Assembly (NCBI RefSeq): GCF_963921235.1
Contig: NC_086108.1
Location: 34,288,001 to 34,352,000, forward strand
Direction: 5' to 3'
From: Mobula hypostoma
Lineage: Eukaryota
DNA: 64,000 bases
Below, piece after piece: positions 49,891 to 61,283 of this stretch. Every line of letters begins with the position of its first letter. Within the stretch, counting starts at the first letter, position 1. Under the pieces are notes generated by a model that did not search any database, had not been told where the DNA came from, and saw nothing but the letters and a program-made list of their open reading frames with translations. Made by a program: the position numbers and the translations under genes.

Positions 49891-50599
49891 AACCGTATTC
49901 ATCTATCCTACAGAGTGTGGGCGTGGGGAGGAAGCAGTACCACGTGCTGTCACTGGCAACCTGATAGACAACAATTCAGCTGGTGAACTAACCCTTGGCT
50001 CTTCAAAATAGCTCGGACTTTCCACACCTACCCAATCTTTGTTTACGGACAGAAATTTGTGTTGAGGGAAAGATTTTCTTCCTTTTCTCCCTCTCTCTCT
50101 TTCACAGTTCATCTATCATTCAGCTGCTGCTGGCCGCTGTCCCTTAGCTCTACCCCTGCTCCTCACCCCTTCCTGGCACAACCTGATTGGCATCCTGTTC
50201 TCCATTTCAGCCTGCCAGTCACCTTGGACTCCTTTCTCATCAATGAGCCAGTTATTAAAAATTAGTCGCGCTGGTCAGATATAATAATCTTTATCTACAT
50301 ATTTCAACTTTGTTTTTTTATATCTTTACAATGAAAGCAGAATCAACAAATAGCTTCTGTGGAATTGTCAGTAACTCTCAACACCAGGATGAGGATGGAG
50401 CTGCAAGAAGTTTTCCACTTGTTGCCTGGCTGCATCGAATCGCAGCCCAACACAATCCTGAAGAAATGCAGTAACGTTAGCACATTCAAAAGCTATCTTT
50501 CTCCATACATTTTGACAGTACTACCAGATCAATACCTAGCTTTTAATGGCATCCACTACCATTTAGATGTCAATAATGCCTAAAGAAAATTCTGCAAAT

Positions 50600-52878
50600 G
50601 CTACATAGAATTTCTTAAAGTTCCCCACAAGTTGATAGGGTTGTTATGAATGTGTATGGTGTGTTGGTCTTCATTAGTCAGGGGACTGAGTTCAAGACCA
50701 TAAGATATAGGAGCAGAAGTAGTCCATTCAGCCCATCGAATCATGCTCTGTCATTCCATCATGGGCTGATCTAATTCTTCCAGTCATCCCCAAACCTCTG
50801 CCTTCACCCCATACCCTTTGGTGCCCTGGCTAATCAAGAACCCATCTATCTCTGCCTTAAGTGCACCCAATGACTTGGCCTCCACAGCCACTCATGGCAA
50901 CAAATTCCACGGACTAAAGTAATTACCCCGCATCTCTGCTCTAAAAGGAACAGTTCAATCCTGTTCAATCCTGAAGTCATGTCCTCTTGTCCTAGACTCC
51001 CCTACCATGGGAAATAACTTTGCCATATCTAATCTGTTCAGGGCTTTTAACATTTGGAATGTTTCTATGAGATTCGCCCCTCATTCTCCTGAACTCTAGG
51101 GAATACAGCCCAAGAGTTGCCAGATTTTCCTCATACGGTAACCCTTTCATTCCTGGAATCATTCTCGTGAATCTTCTCTGAAACCTCTCCAATGTCAGTA
51201 TATCCTTTCTAAAATAAGGGGCACAGAACTGCACACAATACTCTAAGTGTGGTCTCACGAGTGCCTTATAGAGCCTCAACATCACATCCCTGCTCTTATA
51301 TTCTATACCTCTAGAAATGAATGTCAACATTGAATTTGCCTTCTTCACCAACTCATCCTGGAGGTTAACCTTTAGGGTATCCTGCACAAGGACTCCCAAG
51401 TCCCTTTGCATCTCTGCATTTTGAATTCTCTCCCCATCTAAATAATAGCTTGCCTATTTATTTCTTCCACGAAAGTGTATAACCATACACTTTCCAACAT
51501 TGTATTTCATTTGCCACTTCTTTGCCCATTCCCCTAAACTATCTAAGTCTCTCTGGAGACTCTCTGTTTCCTTAACACTACCTGCTCTTCCACCTATCTT
51601 TGTATCATCGGCAAATTTAGCCGCAAATCCATTAATACTGTAGTCCAAATCATTAACATACATCGTAAAAAGCAGTGGTCCCAACACTGATCCCTGTGGA
51701 ACTCCACTGGTAACCGGCAGCCAGCCAGAATAGGATCCATTTATTCCCACTCTCCGTTTTCTGCCAATCAGCCAATGCTCCACCCACGCTAGTAACTTCC
51801 CTGTAATTCCATGGGATCTTATCTTGCTAAGCAGCCTCCTGTGCAGCACCTTGTCAAAGGCCTTCTGAAAATCCAGGTACACCACATCTACTGCATCTCC
51901 TTTGTCTACCCTGCTTGTAATTTCCTCAAAAAATTGCAGTAGGTTAGTCAGGTAGGATTTTCCTTTCAGGAAATCATGCTGGCTTTGTCAAATCTTGTCA
52001 TGTGCCTCCAGATACTCTGTAATCTCATCCCTAACAATCTATTCCAACAATCTCCCAACCACTGATGTCAGGCTAACAGGTCTGTAGTTTCCTTTCTGCT
52101 GCCTCCCACCCTTCTTAAATAGCGGAATAACATGTGCATTTTCCAATCATCCGGTAGAATGCCAGAATCTATCGATTCTTGAAAGATCATTGTGAATGCG
52201 TCCACAATCTCTCCAGCTACTTCCTTCAGAACCCAAGGGTGCATTCCATCGGGTCCAGGAGATTTATCCACCCTCAGACCACTAAGCTTCCTGAGCACCT
52301 TCTCAGTGGTAATTTTCACTGCACAAACTTCACTTCCCTGACACTCTTGAATGTCCGGTATACTGCAGATGTCTTCCACTGTGAAGGCTGATGCAAAATA
52401 CGCATTCAGTTCCTCTGCCATCTCTGTGTCTCATTACAATATCTCCAGCGTCATTTTCTATTGGTCCTATACCTACCCTCAACTCTATTTTAACCTTTAC
52501 ATACTTAAAAAAGCTTTTAGTATCTTCTTTGATATGAGTCACCAGCTTCCTTTCATAATTCATCTTTTCCTTCCTCATGACCTTCTTAGTTTCATTCTGC
52601 AAGTTTTTAAAAACTTCTTTAAAAGAGTTCAAGGTAATGTTACAGCTCTATAAAACCCGGTTAAACCTCATTATATGGATGGAGAAGTTTTAAAGAGGGT
52701 GCAGAGGAAATTTACCAGGATAAGTTGAACAAGCTAAGGCTTTTCTCTTTGGTGTGAAGAAGGATAAGAGATGACTTGATAGAGATGTACAAGATGATAA
52801 GAGGCATAGATTGAGTGGGCAGCCAGAGACTATTTTCCAGGGCAGAAATGGTTAATATGAGGGGGCATAACTTTAAGG
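50600..52878 (+). mobile_element. CR1 fragment (50600-50696 and 52625-52878) hosting another CR1
   Basis: gatagggttgtt..ttcattagtcaggggactgagttcaag continues as gagttcaaggtaatgttacagctctataaaacc; GAGTTCAAG duplicated. Confidence 0.7.
50697..52620 (-). mobile_element. 5'-truncated CR1 LINE
   Basis: MAEELNAYFASAFT, DKSPGPDGMHP, VYLDFQKAFDKV, GVPQGSVLGPLLF, KFADDTKIG, LVRPHLEYCVQF; several frameshifts. Confidence 0.95.
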
Positions 52879-53026
52879 CAGTGGTCCCCAACCTCCGGGC
52901 CGCGGACCGATACATAGCTGCGAAGCATGCAGGGGTGCAGCGGTGGCCGGAATTCATCCAGCACATCTTTAAGAAAAAAGCTGAAATAAACAAGCTAATT
53001 AATTAGCTGCTGCCCCGGTACCTTAG
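52879..53026 (+). mobile_element. Truncated hAT-type MITE end
   Basis: Begins CAGTGGTCCCCAACCTCCGGGCCGCGGACCG, a typical hAT terminus; no second TIR found. Confidence 0.5.
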
Positions 53027-53807
53027 TGTTGGTCTGAAAAAACTGCAATCTCCAAATAATGAACAGGAATGAGGCAAGGGTGCTGGAAACAGACAGAACC
53101 AAAAGTCTTCGTTTTTGCCATGTAATAAGGAGAATGGAGGTGGCCATTTTGTGAGACTGTCCCTGTAGCCACCATTTTGTTAACTGTTTGGTGAATTGAT
53201 TCTTGCTCCGGAATAACTTAATCAGAGCAGTTGAACATGGACACAAGGAGTTTCTGTGAATTATCTACTAAACCTGAGACCATTCTCAGATAAAAAAAAC
53301 TGTTTATTATGTAAAATGGCAGGTTTGCAGAAGGAACAGCCTGTGAACTGATCAGCTGGGCCCAGTGTTTGGGTAACCCGGTTAGACTAATTTGAACCAG
53401 TCCAAATTGGACCTAACGAAAAACATTACCTAAGACACAAGGCTGAAGGGAGAACCACAAAACAATACAGCTTGTAGCCTTGGGCCACATCCAATCAGAA
53501 GCTGACACTATCAGTCAGATGAGCTCGAGACAACGAAAATGAAACATTGTAGATGAAAAGACTAAGAATGCAAGATTTTGAGAGCACAGGCAGCAACAAC
53601 TCTCTGGAGAGCAACCATCATGGATGCGGAGGGTTCCACATCAGACTCGAGGAGATCACATCGGGACCATGACAAACACCTGACCAGTGTAAATTTAAAC
53701 ACAAACCTCACCCTGTCCCTTGCAAAAACCCCATCCCCTTCTCGCAATTCCTCCGTCTCCGCCGCATCTGCTCTCAGGATGAGGCTTTTTATTCTAGGAC
53801 GAGGGAG

Positions 53808-54551
53808 ATGTCTTCCTTTTTTAAAGAAAGGGGCTTCCCTTCCTCCACTATCAACTCTGCTCTTAAACGCATCTCCCCCATTTCACGTACATCAGCTCTC
53901 ACTCCATCCTCCCGCCACCCCACTAGGAATAGGGTTCCCCTTGTCCTCACCTACCACCCCACCAGCCTCCGGGTCCAACATATTATTCTCCGTAACTTCC
54001 GCCACCTCCAACGGGATCCTACCACTAGGCACATCTTTCCCTCTCCCCCTCTCTCTGCATTCCGCAGTGTTCGCTCCCTACGCAACTCCCTTGTCCATTC
54101 GTCCCCCCCATCCCTCCCCACTGATCTCCCTCCTGGCACTTATCCGTGTAAGCGGAACAAGTGCTACACATGCCCTTACACTTCCTCCCTTACCACCATT
54201 CAGGGCCCCAAACAGTCCTTCCAGGTGAGGCAACACTTCACCTGTGAGTCGGCTGGGGTGATATACTGCATCCGGTGCTCCCGATGTGGCCTTTTATATA
54301 TTGGCGAGACCCGACGCAGACTGGGAGACCGCTTTGCTGAACATCTACGCTCTGTCCGCCAGAGAAAGCAGGATCTCCCAGTGGCCACACATTTTAATTC
54401 CACATCCCATTCCCATTCTGACATGTCTATCCACGGCCTCCTCTACTGTAAAGATGAAGCCACACTCAGGTTGGAGGAACAACACCTTATATTCCGTCTG
54501 GGTAGCCTCCAACCTGATGGCATGAACATTGACTTCTCTAACTTCTGCTAA
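53808..54551 (+). pseudogene. Penelope ORF C-terminus (RT thumb/linker and GIY-YIG endonuclease), uninterrupted but 5'-truncated
   Basis: RVPLVLTYHP, CKRNKCYTC, GVIYCIRCSRCGLLYIGETRRRLGDRFAEH, PVATHFN, EQHLIFRLGSLQPDGMN. Confidence 0.92.
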
Positions 54552-54844
54552 TGTCCCACCTCCCCCTCGTACCCCATCTGTTACTTATTTTTATACACAC
54601 ATTCTTTCTCTCACTCTCCTTTTTCTCCCTCTGTCCCTCTGAATATACCCCTTGCCCATCCTCTGGGTTCCCCCCCCCTTGTCTTTCTTCCTGGACCTCC
54701 TGTCCCATGATCCTCTCGTATCCCTTTTGCCTATCACCTGTCCATCTCTTGGCTCCATCCCTCCCCCTCCTGTCTTCTCCTATCATTTTGGATCTCCCCC
54801 TCCCCCTCCAACTTTCAAATCCCTTACTCACTCTTCCTTCAGTT

Positions 54845-54880
54845 AGTCCTGACGAAGGGTCTCAGCCTGAAATGTTGACT
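54845..54880 (+). ncRNA. Hammerhead ribozyme motif, CpG-decayed copy
   Basis: AGTC CTGACGA AGGGTCTCAGCCT GAAA TG TT GACT; differs from the 22442 copy by three CpG-type transitions. Confidence 0.6.
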
Positions 54881-55154
54881 GTACCTCTTCCTAGAGATGC
54901 TGCCTGGCCTGCTGCGTTCACCAGCAACTTTGATGTGTGTTGCTTGACCAGTGTAAACTCTTTTTCCTGGATACTACTTTTTCTCTTCTTTGACTGTTCA
55001 TGGAAGGTCAGGGAAAACTAATAGAAGTGCACCCAGGTACTCAGTTGAGTAAATTCACGTGCTTGTGAACTGAGCAAATAAAGATACTTGCAGTAAATAC
55101 AGATTCTCTCTGTGCCTAACTGGTCATTATTACTCGGGGATAATTCATGTAACA

Positions 55155-55389
55155 GTAGAATTTCTGTGGAATGCTCTGCCTCAGAAGGCAGTGGAGGCCA
55201 ATTCTCTGGATTCTTTCAAAAAAGAGTTAGATAGAGCTCTTAAAGATAGCGGAGTGAAGGGATATAGGGAGAAGGCAGGAACTGGATACTGATTGTGGAT
55301 GATCAGCCATGATCACAGTAAATGGTGGTGCCGGCTCGAAGGGCTGAATGGCCTACTCCTGCACCTATTGCGTATTGTCTATTGTCTAG
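55155..55389 (+). mobile_element. CR1 3' end
   Basis: ctgtggaatgctctgcctcagaaggcagtggagg..gaatggcctactcctgcacct and (TATTGTC)n tail. Confidence 0.85.
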
Positions 55390-58300
55390 TACAAGGCTCT
55401 GCTTCAGCTGTGCAGCGTAGTTAGCCTCATGAACAATGGATGGAATTCAGGAGAACATATCTGGTGCCAAATGATAATGGGAACTTGGAACTGATCTCCA
55501 AAAGACAATGACTACCTTGTTACTTGATATTTTCAAGACAAGGGTAGATTATTTTTATCAAATAATTCCAGGAAGGGATAGAGTAACATGGAGATTTAGA
55601 TTCATTTATCATTTGTACATCAAGACATTCTGTACCGTGAAATCCGCCATTTGCATTAGCAACCAATACACTCAAGGAAGTGCTGGTGGCGGCCTGCAAA
55701 TGCCACCATATATTCTATGCCAACATAGCATACCCACAAGGCTCAGCAGAACAACACAAGCAGCAACAATTACAACAAAATAAAACCACAGTAAAACAAG
55801 ACCCTTTCCCACCCACCCACTAACACAGAAAGGCCTCCAAATCCAGGACAGGCTGCCCCCAAGCATCCAGCCCTTGACTTGCACTCTCAGACTTGTAGAC
55901 ATTGGGCCTCTAGTCTCCAGTCCCTAACTCATACTTACTACCATTGGTCCTCTGACCAACCCAGGGGCTTCAACCATAGCAACTCTACCTCTAGACTCGT
56001 TGATTTCAATCTTCTACCTCCAGCCTTGCCAAGCTCTGGAATTCGACCTTCATCTTTTCCCTCTGGAATTTGTTGACCTCTGGGTATCGACTGCATGACT
56101 TGCTAATCATGGGTTTGACCTTTGGGCCTCGACTTCCTTACTCATTTGGACCCCCAGCCCCAGTGCCTGGGGCTCACCAGCCCTCATGTCTCACAGCCAT
56201 TCGCACCACAGACCAGGACTCAGCAGCCAGGACATTGTTGGTCTCGCCATCTGCCTGATTTCCAGAACTGCTGACCTTCAGTCGCGAATTACTCCAATCT
56301 GACTCTGTCCCCAAAACCATCCCTATGAACCTAAAAAACACTATGACACTGACAGACATTGCCACCCAGTGCCATCTTAACCAGAAGACTTAGAGGTCAA
56401 GTTGCCAGAGACAAAATTATTGATCAAGATATTTGATTACAAGTCCCTGCCACAGGGGGACTTAAATTTGAATAATTAGATACACTGGGATTCAAATGTT
56501 GATGTTAGCAATGATAACCATGAAACTTGCTGGATTACCACAAAAATTCACCCTGTTACCTTAGTTCTGAAATTAATAATGAATGCGAACCTTGCGACTG
56601 ACATCCACATCATGCGAATAACTAAAGCAATGGCAGTTAATCGGGATGAGGAACTGATTTGTCAAAACCTAACCAAACAAGAATTGATTTATTCTGATTT
56701 CAGGATGACTTATTCCAACTACACTTATTTTTTTAATTACCTTTCGACAGTTCTCTTGTGAACCATTCTGGAGCCTGATTGTTGAAGACAGTTTCTTCAG
56801 AAAGTGGGTGACTAATATTAGATGCTCCTACTATTTCTGTTAAAAATAAAAATAAGAATCATAGCCCATTATGAAAATTCTTTTAAGTTTATATTGCAAT
56901 AAATTGTTAAAAGGCAACTAAGTTACTTTTGTTATTTCATTCTCTTCCAACAATGAATTGAATCAGTGTATGAAGTCAAATGCTAATTTGTCCGCCCTAG
57001 TTAACCTGAAGAATAATCAAAACATCCAATAAGTTGGACAGTTCTGTCAGAAAGTCAGTAAGGGTATTAAGGGTTGAAAAACCATGCAGTGTAATTCCAT
57101 CTATGGAGATAGGGAGATTTTAAAACACAGCCCAAGGGATGTGACGCTAATTTCTTCCTGTCAGTGGAAAATTTAATAACTTAGCCTTATATTGTTTGTT
57201 TTACAAGCTTAATTTTTGTCTTTCAGCGTCAAAGAGCAGTTCTGGCCTGAAAGAACCTCTGCTTCTTGGCAATCAGTAATGTCTGATATTAGACCCTGGA
57301 GAAATACTAGGAATCGGTGACTCAAACACATTCCTGAAGCTGTAAGTAGACACCAAATGTGTGGGAGGACCAACTGCACACCCTTGGACTTCTTCAAAGC
57401 CAAAGTAAATATTTCCCATGTTCTATATGGAAGCACTTTTCCACCTTAAAACAGTGAAGTCATCTCATGTAATATTTGTAGCCCACATATTTGCATGAGA
57501 TCTTTTGAGTGTAAGTAAGCTTTTACCTGATCGGGCAAAATCTCAATGTCCATTACAAGAACCATTGTTCTTGAAGCATCTGTAAAATTATTGATTTATC
57601 TTAGATATCTTCATCCTTCCTGCCAAGATGTATCAGTTCATCCATTCCCACGCTGAATGTCACCAGCCATTCTATCAAGTTGCATATCCTCTTAGTTGCA
57701 TATTAACTTCTTCACTCTTCACTATGTTTCCAAGTTTTATGCAATCTGCAAAATCCGTGGCTTGCCACTGATTGTAGCATACTTTCTTCTGTTGCTTTAT
57801 CTTTGCACAACTGCATGCAATACTTTATTAAAAGTTTTTTGTATCTACTTCAACGGTGCTGCCCTTGCTCACTTACTCTTGGCCTTAACAAGTCAATAAA
57901 GTTAAATTTAATTTGTCCTTAAATCTAAGCTGCTTCCACTTATTATAGATTTGTTCAAGTGGTTTTTAATTACTATATCTTGTGGTTTATTGTTACCTAT
58001 GGCATCATTGCTAATCTGACTGGCTGCTAACTATCTGCCCCCCTCAAGGATCAGAGTCATAGAGCACAGAAACAGTGGTTCAGCCCATCATATCTATGCC
58101 AATTTATCTATAACAGTCCCCACTTGTTAGCACTCAGTCTATAGTCTATTGTACCTCGATAATTCAAGTGCATATCATTTATTTCTTCAATGTTGTAAGA
58201 TTGCCTCCACCACCTTCTATTTGAACAAGGCATTCAGATCCTCGTCCATTAAGGGCCAAACGTCTTCATCATCCTGGGTACCAGGCTGGCCCGAGTGTTA

Positions 58301-58461
58301 ACCTTTAGAGCTTCATGTACAAACACAACGGTCCTTTAATCTTTTTTTTCAATCTCAGCATCAGCTCTGTGCCCAAAAACAAGTGAAAATTATCAACTGC
58401 AGCCTCTCAGTTTCATCTCAACTATTCTGTGGTGCTTTGCTTTAAGCCAATAACTTCATAT

Positions 58462-58834
58462 ATTATCGTCATCATCATTTTGAGTCGTGTGGTATGACAT
58501 GAGTGATCATGGTCTATGCATGACCATGATTGTTCTATAGAAGTGGCTTGTCATTATCTTCTTCTGGGCATTGTCTTTACAAGGTGGGTAACCCCAGCCA
58601 TTACCAATACCCTGCAGAGGTTGTTTGCCTGGAGTCAGTGGTCGCAGAATCAGGACCTGTGAAATGCAGCAGCTGCTCATACGACTGTCCACCACCTGCT
58701 CCCATGGGTTCATGTGACCTCGATCGGGGGGCTAAGCAGGTGCTACACCTTGCCCAAGGGCAAACTACAGGCTAGCAGAGGGAAGCAGTGCCTTACACCA
58801 CCTTTGGAAGAGACATATCTCCACCCTGCCACCC
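58462..58834 (-). mobile_element. RTE-derived element, copy 3, with 11-bp TSD
   Basis: Reverse complement of 9954-10330; TAACTTCATAT (58451-58461) / TAACTTTATAT (58835-58845). Confidence 0.8.
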
Positions 58835-59469
58835 TAACTTTATATGTATGTGTGTGACAATCTTTCCATCTTCTGTGGCTTTGGAAAATTTCTTTTTCTT
58901 GGCTCTTTTGCACCACTATAAGTACTCATCTGCCACTTCTGCCATACACTTTACCTCCATCATCAGAACTTCACCTGACCATCCTTTCATTGCTAATGTG
59001 CTTCAAGTCACCAGTTGCATTTGGGCCCATTCTTGTTCTATTTCATCACCTCTCCTAACTGTATTCTCACATTTCCTCTGCTGCTTTGATGTTCAACCTG
59101 ATTTCTCAATGCTACCAAGCTAATAAATGTCCTCTTAACAGCTTCAAACTTGCAATAGCAGTTGCAGACAGTAACATTAGAACTAAGATTCTGAATAACT
59201 TTTTTATTGCTTTCACAGAGGCAAAACTTCACCATTTAGACTAGGCCTCATGCTAACACCAACCACCTTGTCTTAAGTATGACCTGACATGGCATGGCAA
59301 CCCTGTTCGGCTACTCGTTATAAAAAGACATGTATAATGGTGCATAATGAGTATATTCATTGATGGCACTCAGTGCATTTATATCAGACATTTCCTTCAA
59401 TGACTTCAGAAACAGCAAGGTGCAAAGGGGATGAAGGGAGAGTAGAGGGAAAGCAGGATGGGAATATTG

Positions 59470-60320
59470 TTAATCAAAGTTCAAAGTTCAATATAAGTTT
59501 ATTATCAAAGTACATATATGTTATCATCTACAACCCTGAAATTCATTTTCTTGCAAGCATACTCAATAAATCCAAAATAGAATTATAATCATGGGCCGGC
59601 TGGTGGCACAATGACATCAGTGCCGGACTCTGGAACGGAGGTTCCCGGGTTCGAACCCAGTCGGATCCGTTCCCAAGTACGCTCTCCATCCATGCCGGGG
59701 TTGAGTGTCGAGATTGCAACTCGACCTCGTAAAATAAAAAGGGAAAAATACTGCGAAATGTCTGTGTGAGGAGTGGCTCGCCACACAGTCTCTCTCTCTT
59801 TCGTTCCATGCCTTGTAAAGGCATGAAAAAGACATCGTCCTGCCAACATCACACACGCACGCATGGACGCAGGCACACACGCCAAAAAAAAGAATTATAA
59901 TCATGATAGAAACAATGAAAGACCGCACTAACTTGAGCATTCAACCAATGACCAAAAGACAACAAACTGCAAATACTAAAAATACAGAAATAATGATAAT
60001 AAATAAATAAGCAATAAATATCAAGAACATGAGATGGGAAGTCCTGGAAATTAAGGCCATAGGTCATGAGAACATTTCATTCATGCAGTCAGTGAAGTTG
60101 AGTGATTTTATCCCTTTTGGTTCAAGAACCTGATGGTTGAGGGGTAACAACTGTTCCTGAACCTGGTGGTGTGAGTCCGAAGGCTCCTATGCCTTCTTCA
60201 TGATGGCAGCAGTAAGAAGAGAGCATGACCTGGATGGTGGGGGTCCCTGATGATGGATGCTGCTTTCCTGTGACAACACCTCATGTAGACATCCTCAGTG
60301 GTGGGGAAGATTTACCCATG
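59470..60320 (-). mobile_element. Rex1/Babar 3' fragment hosting a SINE
   Basis: Reverse complement of the Rex1 3' region (ctgttcctgaacctggtgg..gatgctgctttcctg); tcaaagttcaaagttc tail. Confidence 0.75.
59594..59890 (+). mobile_element. Young tRNA-derived SINE with poly(A) tail and 15-bp TSD
   Basis: A box TGGCACAATGAC, B box GGTTCGAACCC, A-tail; AGAATTATAATCATG at 59579-59593 and 59891-59905. Confidence 0.9.
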
Positions 60321-60899
60321 ATGGATGGTGATGGAGAATGCCTGCAAAATAACTGACCTTGTTCCTCTCTGCTGTAACTACCTACCACAGGCATCTCTAT
60401 TCAAGATCAACAGATGTCAATTTCTTAGCAAGTTTCTTCCCACACACCCCTGCAATCAAAAACTGTAAGTCACCTTACATTTACCCTCCTTTCTGTCAGC
60501 AACTCCCCTCCTTTAACTGAATCTCTTGACTCCTCCTCTGCAGGTGGAGCAGGCAGATTCCTCCATGTAACTGCGAGGGAGTTGCAGCAATATGTGCTCC
60601 GTTCTGTTCTCTGGCCATGAGTCCAGTATGAGAACACAAGACTGGACATTATTAGCAGGGCTCAGCCAGAATTCGGCATTTCCACAGAAGTATTAGTGTT
60701 AATATATATGATTGCCACATGTACCAAGGCACAATGAAAGCTTGCTGTGCATATTGTTCATACAGATCAAATCATTACACAGTGTATTGAGATAGAAAAA
60801 TGTAAAATAATAACAATACAGAATAAAGTCTAAAAGCCACAGGGAAAATGCACTGCAGGTAATCAACAAAGTGAAAAATCATGCAGAGTAAATACTAGC

Positions 60900-61283
60900 T
60901 GTCACACCTCAAACTGGCCACCAGAGGGAGGCAGAGATGACAAGGCCAAACCCTTCCAGCATGTTCCCCTGCGCTTGTTTGTAGCCCTATTTAAGTTTGT
61001 TGTTTCTTTGCTCAGTTGTGCATTATCTTTTGTGGTTGAAGCTTTGCCTTTGTTTGTAGGAATGTCTAGGCTCTGAAAACGCTAGTTAATGTCTTTGTGG
61101 AAATTTGACCTTGCCTGTGAACTTTTTAGACCCTCTGCCTGTACCTTGTCTGCAAAGGAATCTAGTAAATTCTAGTTGGATTTTTTTGGTCTAATTTTGG
61201 GTGACTTTTCTCTGCACTTGGGTTCACCACTATTCAGTGTAAGGTAAATTAAAACTGAAGAAGTTATCTAGTCACCTGTGACA
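60900..61283 (+). mobile_element. Solo LTR (Gypsy-type), 384 bp
   Basis: Perfect inverted termini TGTCACA...TGTGACA; 5-bp TSD CTAGC/CCAGC; TATTTAA and AGTAAA signals in the expected order. Confidence 0.8.
60915..60933 (+). promoter_or_regulatory. CTCF-like motif inside the solo LTR
   Basis: TGGCCACCAGAGGGAGGCA vs consensus TGGCCACCAGRGGGCGCTA. Confidence 0.45.

Larger units (their letters stand above)
53694..54944 (+). mobile_element. 5'-truncated Penelope-like element with 13-bp TSD
   Basis: TGACCAGTGTAAA at 53681-53693 and 54945-54957; ORF with GIY-YIG domain; pyrimidine-rich 3' region and pLTR. Confidence 0.93.
53027..55154 (+). mobile_element. Probable solo LTR (~860 bp) interrupted by a Penelope element
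   Basis: TGTT...AACA termini, flanks TTAG/GTAG, AATAAA at 55077 near the 3' end. The left boundary is uncertain. Confidence 0.5.

Noticed and set aside
57227..57341. Plus-strand exon-like segment with strong splice signals
   Set aside because: Stops in all three frames; no supporting context.
59594..59670. tRNA gene
   Set aside because: The A/B boxes are the head of a SINE with body, A-tail and TSD; no convincing cloverleaf or T-run terminator.
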